Shown: in pieces, positions 8,048 through 17,088 of the stretch
Numbering within the stretch: position 1 is the stretch's first letter
How the letters are laid out: each line of letters opens with the position of its first letter
NCBI GenBank assembly: GCA_965369635.1
Contig: CBDURC010000002.1
Span: 1 to 41,501 of the forward strand
Direction: 5' to 3'
Source: an uncultured Anaerolineales bacterium
GTDB taxonomy: Bacteria > Chloroflexota > Anaerolineae > UBA3071
Length of the DNA stretch: 41,501 nt
The notes under the pieces: generated by a model
Database searches by the model: none
What the model was told of the DNA's origin: nothing
The model's input: only the letters and a program-made list of their open reading frames with translations
Translations under genes and position numbers: made by a program

Positions 8048-9721
8048 ATGCCTATAAACTGCCCACACTGTGATTTTGAGAATCATGAAGACGACCGTTT
8101 CTGTGTGGAATGCGGTCAATCTCTCTATGAGCCTGTGGCAGCACCAGCGTTGGAGCGGCCTCGCCGCCGCAGACGCTGTCCCTGGTTCCTCCTCCTTGCC
8201 TTGATTCTCCTGGTCGGCGCAGCCGCTGCTGTTCACTTCGACCTCGTTCCACTACCTTCGCCAATCGCTAGCCTGTTTGGGCAAAAGGCCCCGGATTTCC
8301 CAGATGTAGAGATCGTTGGCACGGGGGAGCCTTTCCTGGTACTGCAAGCAGCTGCCGATAGCGACTTGGAGGTAATCGTCACCGACGTTGTGGGCAACTA
8401 CATTGCCACAATTGGCCCAAACAATGGCGTAGACTCTGCCCGGTTCGTCTTCTATGATCCTGAGTACGCAGCTTGGTCAACTGCTCCTGTGCCGCAGATT
8501 TCCGGTGCTTCGGCTTGGGCCTGGCCTCGCGGCAGGTCCGCTCTGGTCGCCCTGCACGCACCAGAGGGGTGGGACCTGCTGCGCTACGATGCTTCCATCG
8601 GGGAGATAAGGGAGATCGTGCAGGCTGCTGAATACCTGCAGGTCTCCGGTCACGTGAAACACGACAGGTTCCTGTTGGTCTATTCCCAGGACGGGGAGTG
8701 GACGCTCGTAGGTGGAGACCCAGACGAAGAAGAGGCCATCGAATTTCTGGATCGAGCCGAGTCCATCACGGAATCCGTCATATCCAGCGATGGCAGGTAC
8801 GTGGCGTTTCTCACCGATGATCTCTACGTCGCCAGCACCGAAGGTCGGCGCACCTATCGTCAGCCAGGCGAGTACCAATCACTGGTCTATGCTCCCGATG
8901 GCCGTTACCTCTTCTACTCCAGTGGTCATCAGCTCATTCGAGCCGACGCCGACGGCCGCAACGCCCGCATCATCGCCGAGGTGGGGCGCAATGATCGCTT
9001 GTGGCCATTCAGTGTGGGCCAAGCCCAGCTCGCTGCTCTGCAGACCATCGGCGATAGCTACGACGTACGCGTCATGACCCTTGATGGCAGGAGCAGTACG
9101 CGTCTTGGCCGATCGGATGCCTCCTATTCGGCTCGCTATCTGCCTGGGCAACAGGGGCTGTTGATTGTCCAGGGCTCCGGCCCAACCTGGAGCGTGGAGC
9201 TAACCGACCCCGCCGGCGAGGGACGTCGCGATTTGGCGCGTGACGTTCAGGGTTTCGCCGTCCACCCGCTGCGGGACGGTCGACATATCGCCCTTGCCTA
9301 CCAGCAGGACAATCGTTGGCAGCTGATGCTCTACGACACGCGCGAGGACGAGCAGCAAGGCTTGGAGAGAGACCTGACCCAATTGTGGATTCTGGCGACG
9401 AACGAACGACATCTTGTCTACAGTGCCCAGTTCGAGGACGATTGGTCATTGCTGGCAGTGGATCTGCGTAACAAGGAAACGAGCGAGTTAGATTCCGGCT
9501 CACTCGGGGGCTATCCCATTGCCTTCTTCAGTATAGATGGAAAAGAGGTCATCTATGAGGCCCGCGAGGAGACAGTGGCGGAATTTGTCCTTGATGAAGA
9601 TGGTACTACCAACACGGTGTACCATATTCTGGGTGGCGTGTATGCTGTTGACCTGGAAGACCTCGCGCCGCGTCCCGTCTACGAGGGCGCCAACCTGCTG
9701 GCGGCTTCGCTGTCCCGCTAG
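8048..9721 (+). CDS. N-terminal zinc ribbon - TM - PD40/TolB-like beta-propeller ectodomain protein
   Basis: 557 aa. Ribbon at residues 5-23 (CPHCDFENHEDDRFCVECG), then RPRRRRRC plus TM FLLLALILLVGAAAAV. Blade-like repeats follow: SSDGRYVAF, YAPDGRYLFYSS, RDGRHIALAY, SIDGKEVIYEA. Confidence 0.75.
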   Translation: MPINCPHCDFENHEDDRFCVECGQSLYEPVAAPALERPRRRRRCPWFLLLALILLVGAAAAVHFDLVPLPSPIASLFGQKAPDFPDVEIVGTGEPFLVLQAAADSDLEVIVTDVVGNYIATIGPNNGVDSARFVFYDPEYAAWSTAPVPQISGASAWAWPRGRSALVALHAPEGWDLLRYDASIGEIREIVQAAEYLQVSGHVKHDRFLLVYSQDGEWTLVGGDPDEEEAIEFLDRAESITESVISSDGRYVAFLTDDLYVASTEGRRTYRQPGEYQSLVYAPDGRYLFYSSGHQLIRADADGRNARIIAEVGRNDRLWPFSVGQAQLAALQTIGDSYDVRVMTLDGRSSTRLGRSDASYSARYLPGQQGLLIVQGSGPTWSVELTDPAGEGRRDLARDVQGFAVHPLRDGRHIALAYQQDNRWQLMLYDTREDEQQGLERDLTQLWILATNERHLVYSAQFEDDWSLLAVDLRNKETSELDSGSLGGYPIAFFSIDGKEVIYEAREETVAEFVLDEDGTTNTVYHILGGVYAVDLEDLAPRPVYEGANLLAASLSR

Positions 9722-9749
9722 AAGGATCGTTTGGGAGATTTGAGAACAT

Positions 9750-12038
9750 ATGAAGCACACAAACAGACGGCTACTCACTGCTTTGAGCCTCCTCCTCGTT
9801 CTGTTTCAGGCTGTCGGTGCCCATGCTGGCGAGGAAACCTGGACAACAGACTCGTTGAGGGGATTCGACGTTCGGTCCATCATCGTTGATCCACAATCGC
9901 CAGCGCGCCTGTACGCTTTTGCGCCAGGGGTTACTATAGCCAGCGTTGACGGCGGCACCGAATGGGCGCCAAGTGGTGCTCTCCCTCTGGGGGGGCTGAC
10001 GCCCGGACAGTTCGAGATCGATCCCTTGACACCTGGTATCTTCTACGCGGTTCGTTCTGGTCAGCTCTGGCGCAGCCTTGATGCCGGTGCAACCTGGGCA
10101 GAGATCGCTCCTGGGTTGCTCAGTGACGTGCGCTGGTTCAGCCTGGACCAGGCTAATCCCAATATCATTTGGGCATTCACTGGCCAGGACACACTGCGTT
10201 CACTGGATGGGGGGCAGAATTGGGCTTCTGCCGGCTTGCCGGTGAGAGGACTGGCCACCAGCTTTGCTCAATCTGGTAGCGCGGTCTACATCGCAGTAGA
10301 GCAGCAAGGGCTGTTCCGCAGCGACGATGGCGGCAAGACCTGGCTGATCATCGGCGCAGAACTGCCAGCTTCTGCCTATTTGTTCGATTTGGCGATGGAT
10401 AATGCAGTTTCAGATACGGTTTATCTTTCCAGTGACCAGGGCCCTTTTCGCAGCAGCGATCGAGGTAGCACGTGGCAGCCGATTGCTCCCGAGCAGGGAA
10501 GCTGGCAACGGGCCAGACTGGCCATAACCGGATCGGGCAAAGGTGATATCCTTCTGATCTCACGAGATCGCTTTACGGCCATCAGCAGCGACGGCGGAGC
10601 GACCTGGCAGATATCTGAAGAACCCATTTTCGATGGCTACATACGGCAGGTGGTGATAGATCCGCAAGTCCGTGAGGTTGTCTACGTGCTGGCGAATACT
10701 CTATGGAAAAGCCAGGACGGAGGCGCCAACTGGAGCTTGCCATCCGTTCCTTCTTTGAACCTGCAACTGCTCGCCGCGCATCCCCGGCAAACTGACCGGC
10801 TCTATGCCAACAGCGGGTCAGGAATCCAACGCTCGGAAGACGGCGGCCGTAGTTGGCAGGCCGCTCCCGGATTTCCTGAGGGGCAAGGTGTGAGCGCTAT
10901 CGCTTGGGCGCCGGGCGACGCCAACGTTGCCTATGCCAGCTATGGACGTGGACTCTTGCGCAGCGCAGATGGTGGCGACCGAGAGTGGGTGGCGACCTTG
11001 CTGCCGGAAACGGCACTGGTTCAGGCTATTCGCGTCTCGCCACACGATCCCAACCTCGTCTTCATCGTGAGCAATGGGCGGGTGCTGTTCAGCAGTTCAG
11101 GTGGAGAGGCATGGGGTGTGCTACCCCTGGCCGCCGGAATCGCCGCCACAGATCTGGCCTTGTCGCATGAGGATGCCGGTGTGATCTACGTCGCCGCCGG
11201 CAGCAGTGTTTACAAGAGCGAAGATGAGGGTCTGACCTGGACAATGCAAGCTGACGGGCTTCCACATGTCTGGCGTTTGCTGATCAATCCTGTTAGCCCA
11301 CAACATCTGCTTGTGCTGGCCGGTGGCAGCGTATTGTCTAGTCAGGATGGCGGTCAGAGTTGGGTGCCGGTGCAGGGCCTGGAAGATCACCACAATGTGC
11401 GTGGCATTCTGCGCCATCCAGGAAGCCCGGCCATTCTCTACGCCTATGAGCTACAGCAGATCTATATCAGTCCGAATGGAGGCCAAACCTGGCTACCGAT
11501 GGGTGGAACCTTGCCGGGTCAGATTCAGAGTGTGGTCGCTGGTGGGGGCGATCTGCGCTATGTGCTGGCCATTATCAACAACAACACCGTCTGGCGCTAC
11601 AGCTTCCACGGCCTGCCGCCCACTCCCACACCGACGCCGACAGTGACGCCGACGGTGACGCCGACGCCAACCGTCACACCGACTCCTGCTCCTACCAGCA
11701 CGCCGACGCCCACGCCGCGGCCCAAGCTCGCCATCCGCCCCGCGGCCACGCCCATTGATCTCGATCCACCACAACGGCTGACCAAGGGCACAGGTGGAGA
11801 CCGCGGCGGCCGCGGCTGGCTGCCGTGGGTGGTCGGAATAGCGGCTGCTGCTGTGGTTGGACTGGTTGCCTTCTGGTGGTACCGTCGCCTCAGGACCGCT
11901 GCTCTACCTGTGCCTTATTCGCCGCCTCCACCAGCAGCAAAGCAGCCCCAGTTCATCGTTTGCTGCAAAGGGCATACCAGCCCACCGGGATCGCGCTTCT
12001 GCATGACCTGTGGTGAAGCGTTCGAAAAGGAGTCCTGA
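9750..12038 (+). CDS. Secreted BNR/Sortilin-Vps10 (Ycf48-like) double-propeller protein with PT linker, TM anchor and C-terminal cytoplasmic zinc ribbon
   Basis: 762 aa. Signal peptide LLVLFQAVGAHA. About 13 repeats of S-x-D-G-G-x-[TS]-W (RSLDGGQNW, RSDDGGKTW, ISSDGGATW, KSQDGGANW, RSEDGGRSW...). PT linker, TM WVVGIAAAAVVGLVAFWWY, then the tail CCKGHTSPPGSRFCMTCG. Confidence 0.8.
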   Translation: MKHTNRRLLTALSLLLVLFQAVGAHAGEETWTTDSLRGFDVRSIIVDPQSPARLYAFAPGVTIASVDGGTEWAPSGALPLGGLTPGQFEIDPLTPGIFYAVRSGQLWRSLDAGATWAEIAPGLLSDVRWFSLDQANPNIIWAFTGQDTLRSLDGGQNWASAGLPVRGLATSFAQSGSAVYIAVEQQGLFRSDDGGKTWLIIGAELPASAYLFDLAMDNAVSDTVYLSSDQGPFRSSDRGSTWQPIAPEQGSWQRARLAITGSGKGDILLISRDRFTAISSDGGATWQISEEPIFDGYIRQVVIDPQVREVVYVLANTLWKSQDGGANWSLPSVPSLNLQLLAAHPRQTDRLYANSGSGIQRSEDGGRSWQAAPGFPEGQGVSAIAWAPGDANVAYASYGRGLLRSADGGDREWVATLLPETALVQAIRVSPHDPNLVFIVSNGRVLFSSSGGEAWGVLPLAAGIAATDLALSHEDAGVIYVAAGSSVYKSEDEGLTWTMQADGLPHVWRLLINPVSPQHLLVLAGGSVLSSQDGGQSWVPVQGLEDHHNVRGILRHPGSPAILYAYELQQIYISPNGGQTWLPMGGTLPGQIQSVVAGGGDLRYVLAIINNNTVWRYSFHGLPPTPTPTPTVTPTVTPTPTVTPTPAPTSTPTPTPRPKLAIRPAATPIDLDPPQRLTKGTGGDRGGRGWLPWVVGIAAAAVVGLVAFWWYRRLRTAALPVPYSPPPPAAKQPQFIVCCKGHTSPPGSRFCMTCGEAFEKES
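11614..11723 (+). repeat. Pro/Thr-rich low-complexity linker coding repeat
   Basis: Encodes PPTPTPTPTVTPTVTPTPTVTPTPAPTSTPTPTPRP. Built from iterated acgccgac/gtgacgccgac units. Confidence 0.8.
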
Positions 12039-12040
12039 TC

Positions 12041-12817
12041 ATGCATACCCACTCGATTTCCGCCAAGCACCATCTGACCCACGCCAGCTTTCGCCGCTTG
12101 CTTTGCCTGCTCGCCGTTAGCATTGGCTTTGTGCTGGTGCTTGCCGGATGTGGCGATATAGAACAGGATGTGACGTTCTATGCCAATGAAAAATGGAAAG
12201 CGGAGTCTCGCGTCGGGTTGTCGCCGGAGGAACTTGCTATGGCTGGTGGTCAGGCAGAGATAGAGGCGTCTCTGAACGAGGGGCAGGCCACCGCCGAGGC
12301 ACAAGAGCTTGATTTTCGATGGAAGCGCCAGAAGGGCGACGACGACCGCCTGTATTACATCATCACTATGGCGGGAGAGGGATACGACCTGCTCAATCAG
12401 AACGCGTTTGGCGACACCGCCACGATTGACACGATCACGTACGATGGTCAAGATGCTGTCCAGTTCGACTTTGCATCACCCTATGACCTGTCTCACTACG
12501 AGTTGACTCTCCATGCTGGTGAGGTGCTCGATACCAATGGCAGTCAGGAGGGCAAGGGAGAAGTCCACTGGTCTGGTGCTGGTAAAAGGATGTACGCGGT
12601 TTTTGAGCCTCGAAGTGGACCAAACTGGCTGCTACTGGTTCTGGGATTGATCATGCTGGGTGCCATGGCTGTTGCTGGCTTTTTCTTCATCCGATCGTGG
12701 CAACACCAGCGAGGCCAGAAGACCGCCACAGCGTCGGCAAACTTCTGTCACAAATGTGGCACCAAGCTGGAGGGAGCAGGTAGATTCTGCCCGTCTTGTG
12801 GAGCCAGGCGAGCTTAA
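12041..12817 (+). CDS. Lipoprotein-type ectodomain - TM - C-terminal zinc ribbon protein
   Basis: 258 aa. Lipobox VLAGC, a ~165-aa unknown ectodomain, TM LLLVLGLIMLGAMAVAGFFFI, and the C-terminal ribbon CHKCGTKLEGAGRFCPSCG. AAGGAG RBS. Starts 2 nt after the preceding stop. Confidence 0.75.
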   Translation: MHTHSISAKHHLTHASFRRLLCLLAVSIGFVLVLAGCGDIEQDVTFYANEKWKAESRVGLSPEELAMAGGQAEIEASLNEGQATAEAQELDFRWKRQKGDDDRLYYIITMAGEGYDLLNQNAFGDTATIDTITYDGQDAVQFDFASPYDLSHYELTLHAGEVLDTNGSQEGKGEVHWSGAGKRMYAVFEPRSGPNWLLLVLGLIMLGAMAVAGFFFIRSWQHQRGQKTATASANFCHKCGTKLEGAGRFCPSCGARRA

Positions 12818-12875
12818 CCAGGTTTTCTAACGATTTACCGCCGCGTTGTACATAATCTACGCTGAGGGAGGAAAC

Positions 12876-13814
12876 ATGCGTTGTCCTCACTGCAATGCTT
12901 CAGATGCCGGCAGCGGCAAGTTCTGCATTCACTGCGGCATGGCGCTGCCGCTTCAACCTGTGTCAACGACGCAACAGCCTGATCAAGCCGGTTCCCTCAT
13001 GTCCCGCGAAGACACCTCGCCGCAACCGCTTGCCACCAGACGAGATGTCGAGCTTCCCCAGAAGCGGCCAGCAACCGAGAGACCGGTTGCCCCTATGGGA
13101 CCAACTACCACCGCGCCGGCTAGCATTTGGGGGCCGTTCGCTGGCTACGGTACGCGAGGCCGCCACGTTGCCTGGTTGCTCGATGACTTGGGCCACCGCG
13201 CCGAAGATCTGCGTCAGGCAGTAACAGCGCGCTTTCAGCAGCGACGCATCCCTGGTGCAGATGTGATACCACGCATTCTGACTGCAAAGGGTGTGTTGGT
13301 CGAGCAACGCCCCTACTACCTCGTTCAGCGGGGCCGGGCCACGGCAGGCCTCTACCTGGCCAGGTTCGGTGAGGACATCTACATCTCCCAGGTCACCTAT
13401 TTCAAGAGTCCTGTCAGCACGGTGCGCATTCTTATTGCCGCCGCCTTGATTGCTTTCATAATTGCCTACCCTGCGATGCTCTCCTCAGCCGCAGATGACG
13501 TGTCAGCCGATCTGTTCGGTGGCGTCTACGGCGCGGGCGAGCTAGCCAGAATGCTGTGCTGCCTCGGGCCTTTCTACCTGGTGAGCTTTCTGGTCTTGAC
13601 ATTGGTTGCCCTGATGAGCCTGTGGAAGTTCATCACCGAGAAGGACCTCCTGGCGCCACTACGAGTACAGCCCAACGAGTTCGACCAGGACGATCTGATC
13701 GCCCTGGAGAAAGCTGTCGAGCAGACCGTGCGCGAGTCGCTGGACGTCGTGGGCATTGATCGCCAGCTCATGCCGCCGGCAGCGCGCTACGGCTTACGAG
13801 GACGCATCATTTGA
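12876..13814 (+). CDS. N-terminal zinc ribbon - cytoplasmic domain - 2-3 TM membrane protein, partner of the downstream ATPase
   Basis: Start set at ATG 12876 (GAGGGAGG RBS). The ribbon MRCPHCNASDAGSGKFCIHCG begins at residue 3. A ~120-aa domain follows (HVAWLLDDLGHRAEDLRQAV...YYLVQRGRATAGLYLARFGEDIYISQV). Hydrophobic segments are ILIAAALIAFIIAYPAML and LCCLGPFYLVSFLVLTLVALMSLW. The stop TGA overlaps the next start. Confidence 0.7.
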   Translation: MRCPHCNASDAGSGKFCIHCGMALPLQPVSTTQQPDQAGSLMSREDTSPQPLATRRDVELPQKRPATERPVAPMGPTTTAPASIWGPFAGYGTRGRHVAWLLDDLGHRAEDLRQAVTARFQQRRIPGADVIPRILTAKGVLVEQRPYYLVQRGRATAGLYLARFGEDIYISQVTYFKSPVSTVRILIAAALIAFIIAYPAMLSSAADDVSADLFGGVYGAGELARMLCCLGPFYLVSFLVLTLVALMSLWKFITEKDLLAPLRVQPNEFDQDDLIALEKAVEQTVRESLDVVGIDRQLMPPAARYGLRGRII

Positions 13815-16504
13815 TCTCGCCAATTGAAATGAACAGCTTCCCACTGGTCCACACCGCCAATCAAGCTGCCACCTTTGGCTTCAGGCTGCCGTACCTGCCG
13901 GATTTCTTGGAAGACCACACGCTGGTCGGCGAGCGACGAGCCGAGAAAGTCGAGGAGGTGCTGGCCCGCCAGGTGCAGTTTATCGAGACGTTGTGGCGCT
14001 GGCGCAACACGGCTTTCAGCTTGCGTTACCTCTACGAGCCAGGGGCAGCGACGTTGCAAGTAGCGCTTCTGGCCCGTATTGCCGGTCGTCCACAGACAAG
14101 CCGTCGCGCCGGACAGGAGTTGGCCGCTAATCTACTGCGCCTGGGCCAGGCCTTCAGTTTACCGCTCCAGCCAATCGAGCATCAGAACGAGTTGCTGCAC
14201 CTGCTCGATCCTTTCGACCAGGCTGCCATCGTGGAACTGCGCCAGCGCGATGATGTGGTGCCACTGACCTGGCTCAACAGCGATGCCTACGTTGTCTACC
14301 CGCTGGGCCAGCCGGCTGGTAGCTTTCTGCCACCGTTCCAGAGCCTGGCCCACTACGCCGATCCTATTCTGATCAACCTGCACATCCAACCTACACAACT
14401 GAGCGGGCAGGAGACCCAGGCTCTGGCCGAAGCAGCCAGCATCGCCCAGACCGCCAGTGATTGGCAACGCCAGGGCTACAGTCCTCAGCACAGCGGCCGC
14501 TTCGTTGATCCGCAGGCGCAACTGGTGGCTCAGGCCTACAGCGGTTATCTGCGCCGGTTGTCGCAGCCTTTCCTGGTCGTCGCTCAGGTGGTTAGCCCCA
14601 ACCCCGTGGCCTCTATGAGCCTGGCCCAATCGTTGGCGGTAGCTGCTACCGTTCGTCCTGCCGGTCAGAATACCGGCAACGAGCTGCCCCCTGCGCTTGA
14701 CTGCCTTCCCGCCCTCCACCCAGACGATGCCCAGCGGGCCAGGCAAACGCTGAGTGAACTCAATCTAGCGATTTGGGGGAACCACAGGGCTACGCCGGGC
14801 AAGGAACGGTTCCGCTATCTCGTCGATGCCCGGGGGGCTGCGGCCCTGTTTCGGTTTCCCATAGCTGTGCAGGGCGGCATTCCTGGCATCGTCGTACGAC
14901 AGGCGGCGCCCGACTTCGTGGCGGGCGAGCAGCGGCATCACTTGCAGGCGGGTGAGCTGCACCTGGGCAACTACCAGAGCGGTGGCAACGTGGTGATGCC
15001 CATTGCTCACCTGACCCGCCACGGCCTGATCGCCGGTCTGCCCGGCAGCGGCAAGACCAACACATGCCTCTACCTGCTGGATCAGCTCTGGCGACGGCAT
15101 GGCGTTCCCTTCTTGGTCATTGAGCCGGCCAAGACGGAATACCGCGGGTTGCTCCGGCAGCCGGGCTACGAGGATCTGCTCATCTTCACCCTGGGTGACG
15201 AGACCACTGCGCCCTTCCGGCTCAATCCATTCGAACTGCTGCCAGGCGTGCGCGTGGAGACCCACCTGGAGATGCTCAACGTGGCCATCAATGCCGCCCT
15301 GCCCCAGTTTGGCGTCCTGCCCACCATCATCGAGGAGGCGTTGGAGAATGTCTACGCCCAGCATGGCTGGGAACTGACGGATCGGGCGGGCGAGGATAGC
15401 AATCGCTTGTTCCCCACCCTGGGGGACTTCTATCGAGAAGCCGTGCGGGTCGTGGGAGAGCGCGGCTACAGAGGTGAGCTGCGCGACAACATCACCGCCG
15501 CCGTCAAGGGACGTATCGGTAGCCTGCTGCGGGGCAGCAAGGGCATGATGTTCAACTGCCGCCGCTCGCTGCCGCTGGAGCACCTGCTCAGGCGGCCAGT
15601 GATTCTGGAAATGGACGCTCTCAACGATGACGCCAAGGGGTTGGCCATCATGTTCCTGTTGATTCTGCTGCGTGAGCACCGGCGCACGACTCGCGGAAAT
15701 CAGCCCCGGCGCGGCCTGCGCCACTTACTGCTCATCGAAGAAGCGCATCGGGTGATGGAAAACGTGACCTCGGTAGGGCCATCGGAGGTGGCGGCCGACA
15801 CCCGGGCCAAGGCTGTGCGAGTCATCACCGACTTCCTGGTAGAAATGCGAGCGATGGGTCAGGGCATGTTGATTGCCGAGCAGAGCCCGGAGAAGTTGGC
15901 CCCCGACGCAGTGCGCAACACCAATCTGAAGATAGCGCACATGCTACCAGGCAGGCAGGATCGCGAAACGCTGGCAGCGGCCATGATCATGGACGAGCAA
16001 CAGGAGCTCTTCATGGGCAAGTTGCGGGTAGGCCAGGCGGCCGTGTTCATGACCGGATTCGAGAAAGCCACCTTCATGCGGGTGCCTAACTACAAGGATA
16101 GCGTGGGCTTTGCCGACCATCTGCCGGATGCAGCCGTGGTGGAGCACATGGTTGGCTATCGCCAAACGGCGCAGCAGCACTACCTGCCCTTCGACGGCTG
16201 TCGCTTTTGTGGCGAGCCGTGCTATCACCGTCGGGCCATTGAGCCGGTCACGCGGCACAGGGAGATAGCTCAGCGCTTTCAGGTGGCCTTGCTGGCCTTC
16301 GATGAGCGTCCGCAACCGGAGCACTGGCCTGACAACTGGCGCGGCGTGGCCGGAGTGTGCGCCGAGGCGGCGGCGCAAGCTGGTCTGCCTGGAGGAAAGG
16401 AGGTTGCCTACTGCTATTTCGCCCACGAAGTTGATTTTCCGTTCACCGAGCACATGCGGCGCGAGTTTGTGCGGGCTGTTGAGGCATTGCCGGCGAGCGG
16501 GTAG
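13811..16504 (+). CDS. HerA/FtsK-superfamily (DUF87-like) P-loop ATPase with a ~400-aa unknown N-terminal domain and a Cys-knuckle C-terminal domain
   Basis: 897 aa. Walker A GLPGSGKT (15035-15058). Walker B LLLIEEAH (15725-15748). HerA-type block RNTNLKIAHMLPGRQDRE. C-terminal CRFCGEPCYH knuckle. TTG start at 13811 lies 8 nt after GAGGA and overlaps the upstream TGA (TTGA). Confidence 0.8.
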   Translation: MISPIEMNSFPLVHTANQAATFGFRLPYLPDFLEDHTLVGERRAEKVEEVLARQVQFIETLWRWRNTAFSLRYLYEPGAATLQVALLARIAGRPQTSRRAGQELAANLLRLGQAFSLPLQPIEHQNELLHLLDPFDQAAIVELRQRDDVVPLTWLNSDAYVVYPLGQPAGSFLPPFQSLAHYADPILINLHIQPTQLSGQETQALAEAASIAQTASDWQRQGYSPQHSGRFVDPQAQLVAQAYSGYLRRLSQPFLVVAQVVSPNPVASMSLAQSLAVAATVRPAGQNTGNELPPALDCLPALHPDDAQRARQTLSELNLAIWGNHRATPGKERFRYLVDARGAAALFRFPIAVQGGIPGIVVRQAAPDFVAGEQRHHLQAGELHLGNYQSGGNVVMPIAHLTRHGLIAGLPGSGKTNTCLYLLDQLWRRHGVPFLVIEPAKTEYRGLLRQPGYEDLLIFTLGDETTAPFRLNPFELLPGVRVETHLEMLNVAINAALPQFGVLPTIIEEALENVYAQHGWELTDRAGEDSNRLFPTLGDFYREAVRVVGERGYRGELRDNITAAVKGRIGSLLRGSKGMMFNCRRSLPLEHLLRRPVILEMDALNDDAKGLAIMFLLILLREHRRTTRGNQPRRGLRHLLLIEEAHRVMENVTSVGPSEVAADTRAKAVRVITDFLVEMRAMGQGMLIAEQSPEKLAPDAVRNTNLKIAHMLPGRQDRETLAAAMIMDEQQELFMGKLRVGQAAVFMTGFEKATFMRVPNYKDSVGFADHLPDAAVVEHMVGYRQTAQQHYLPFDGCRFCGEPCYHRRAIEPVTRHREIAQRFQVALLAFDERPQPEHWPDNWRGVAGVCAEAAAQAGLPGGKEVAYCYFAHEVDFPFTEHMRREFVRAVEALPASG

Positions 16505-16541
16505 TGCTGAGAATCGTAATGACGAAAGGAGAGATTTGACA

Positions 16542-16910
16542 ATGAACTGTCCCAGTTGTAACGCCGTCAATCCCGATGGCGGCAGATTCTGTATGACTTG
16601 CGGCCAGCCATTATCTGCTGTGACGGCATCCAGCGCCACCGACGTTCCAGCTACTGCGTCCGCGGCAAAGATGACTACGTCACCCACTGCACCGCCTATC
16701 GCAGCTCTGCCCGTGAACAGCGCGGCGGGTATGCAAAGCCTGAGAGTCGTCGTGACCGACGTGAACATGCAATTTGGATCGATGGTTGTCTTCATGATCA
16801 AGTGGGCATTGGCGGCAATTCCTGCCGCTATCGTGCTCGTACTTGCGTTTGCCCTGATCTCGGCAATCTTTGGCGGCTTGTTAGGTGGAATCCTGTCCAC
16901 CCTCTTCTGA
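16542..16910 (+). CDS. Small zinc ribbon - linker - two-TM membrane protein (DUF4282-like, unverified)
   Basis: Start trimmed to ATG 16542 (AAAGGAGAG RBS). The ribbon MNCPSCNAVNPDGGRFCMTCG starts at residue 3. Ser/Thr/Ala/Pro linker, then a hydrophobic C-terminal half FGSMVVFMIKWALAAIPAAIVLVLAFALISAIFGGLLGGIL. Confidence 0.7.
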   Translation: MNCPSCNAVNPDGGRFCMTCGQPLSAVTASSATDVPATASAAKMTTSPTAPPIAALPVNSAAGMQSLRVVVTDVNMQFGSMVVFMIKWALAAIPAAIVLVLAFALISAIFGGLLGGILSTLF

Positions 16911-17088
16911 TGGTGTACAGTGCGCCATTGATATCTTCTCTGTCGCCAACAAGTACTCCGTCAGTACCGTGTATCAAGGGATGGAGAAGCAGGTCGAAGG
17001 GAAAGAGATACGCCCCTCTCTCTCCCCGATTCTCACTATTCCATTCAGTCGCTTGTCCTTCGATTTTCTCTGAGAAAGGGGATCCTTC

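Noticed and set aside
16302-16541. Upstream extension of the small ribbon gene (ORF track start 16302, 202 aa), and likewise 12846, 29875, 32067 and 35496 for their genes.
   Set aside because: The extensions overlap the preceding genes in another frame and lack an RBS. Internal starts have good Shine-Dalgarno spacing and place the ribbon (or the conserved N-terminus) at the very start, as in the paralogous genes.
14765-16900. Long minus-strand ORFs (14765-15724, 15944-16900, and others) antisense to the HerA-like ATPase and the small ribbon gene.
   Set aside because: They have no recognisable domains and an Arg/Ala/Gly-rich composition. They fully overlap a + strand frame carrying Walker A/B motifs, so they are high-GC artefacts.
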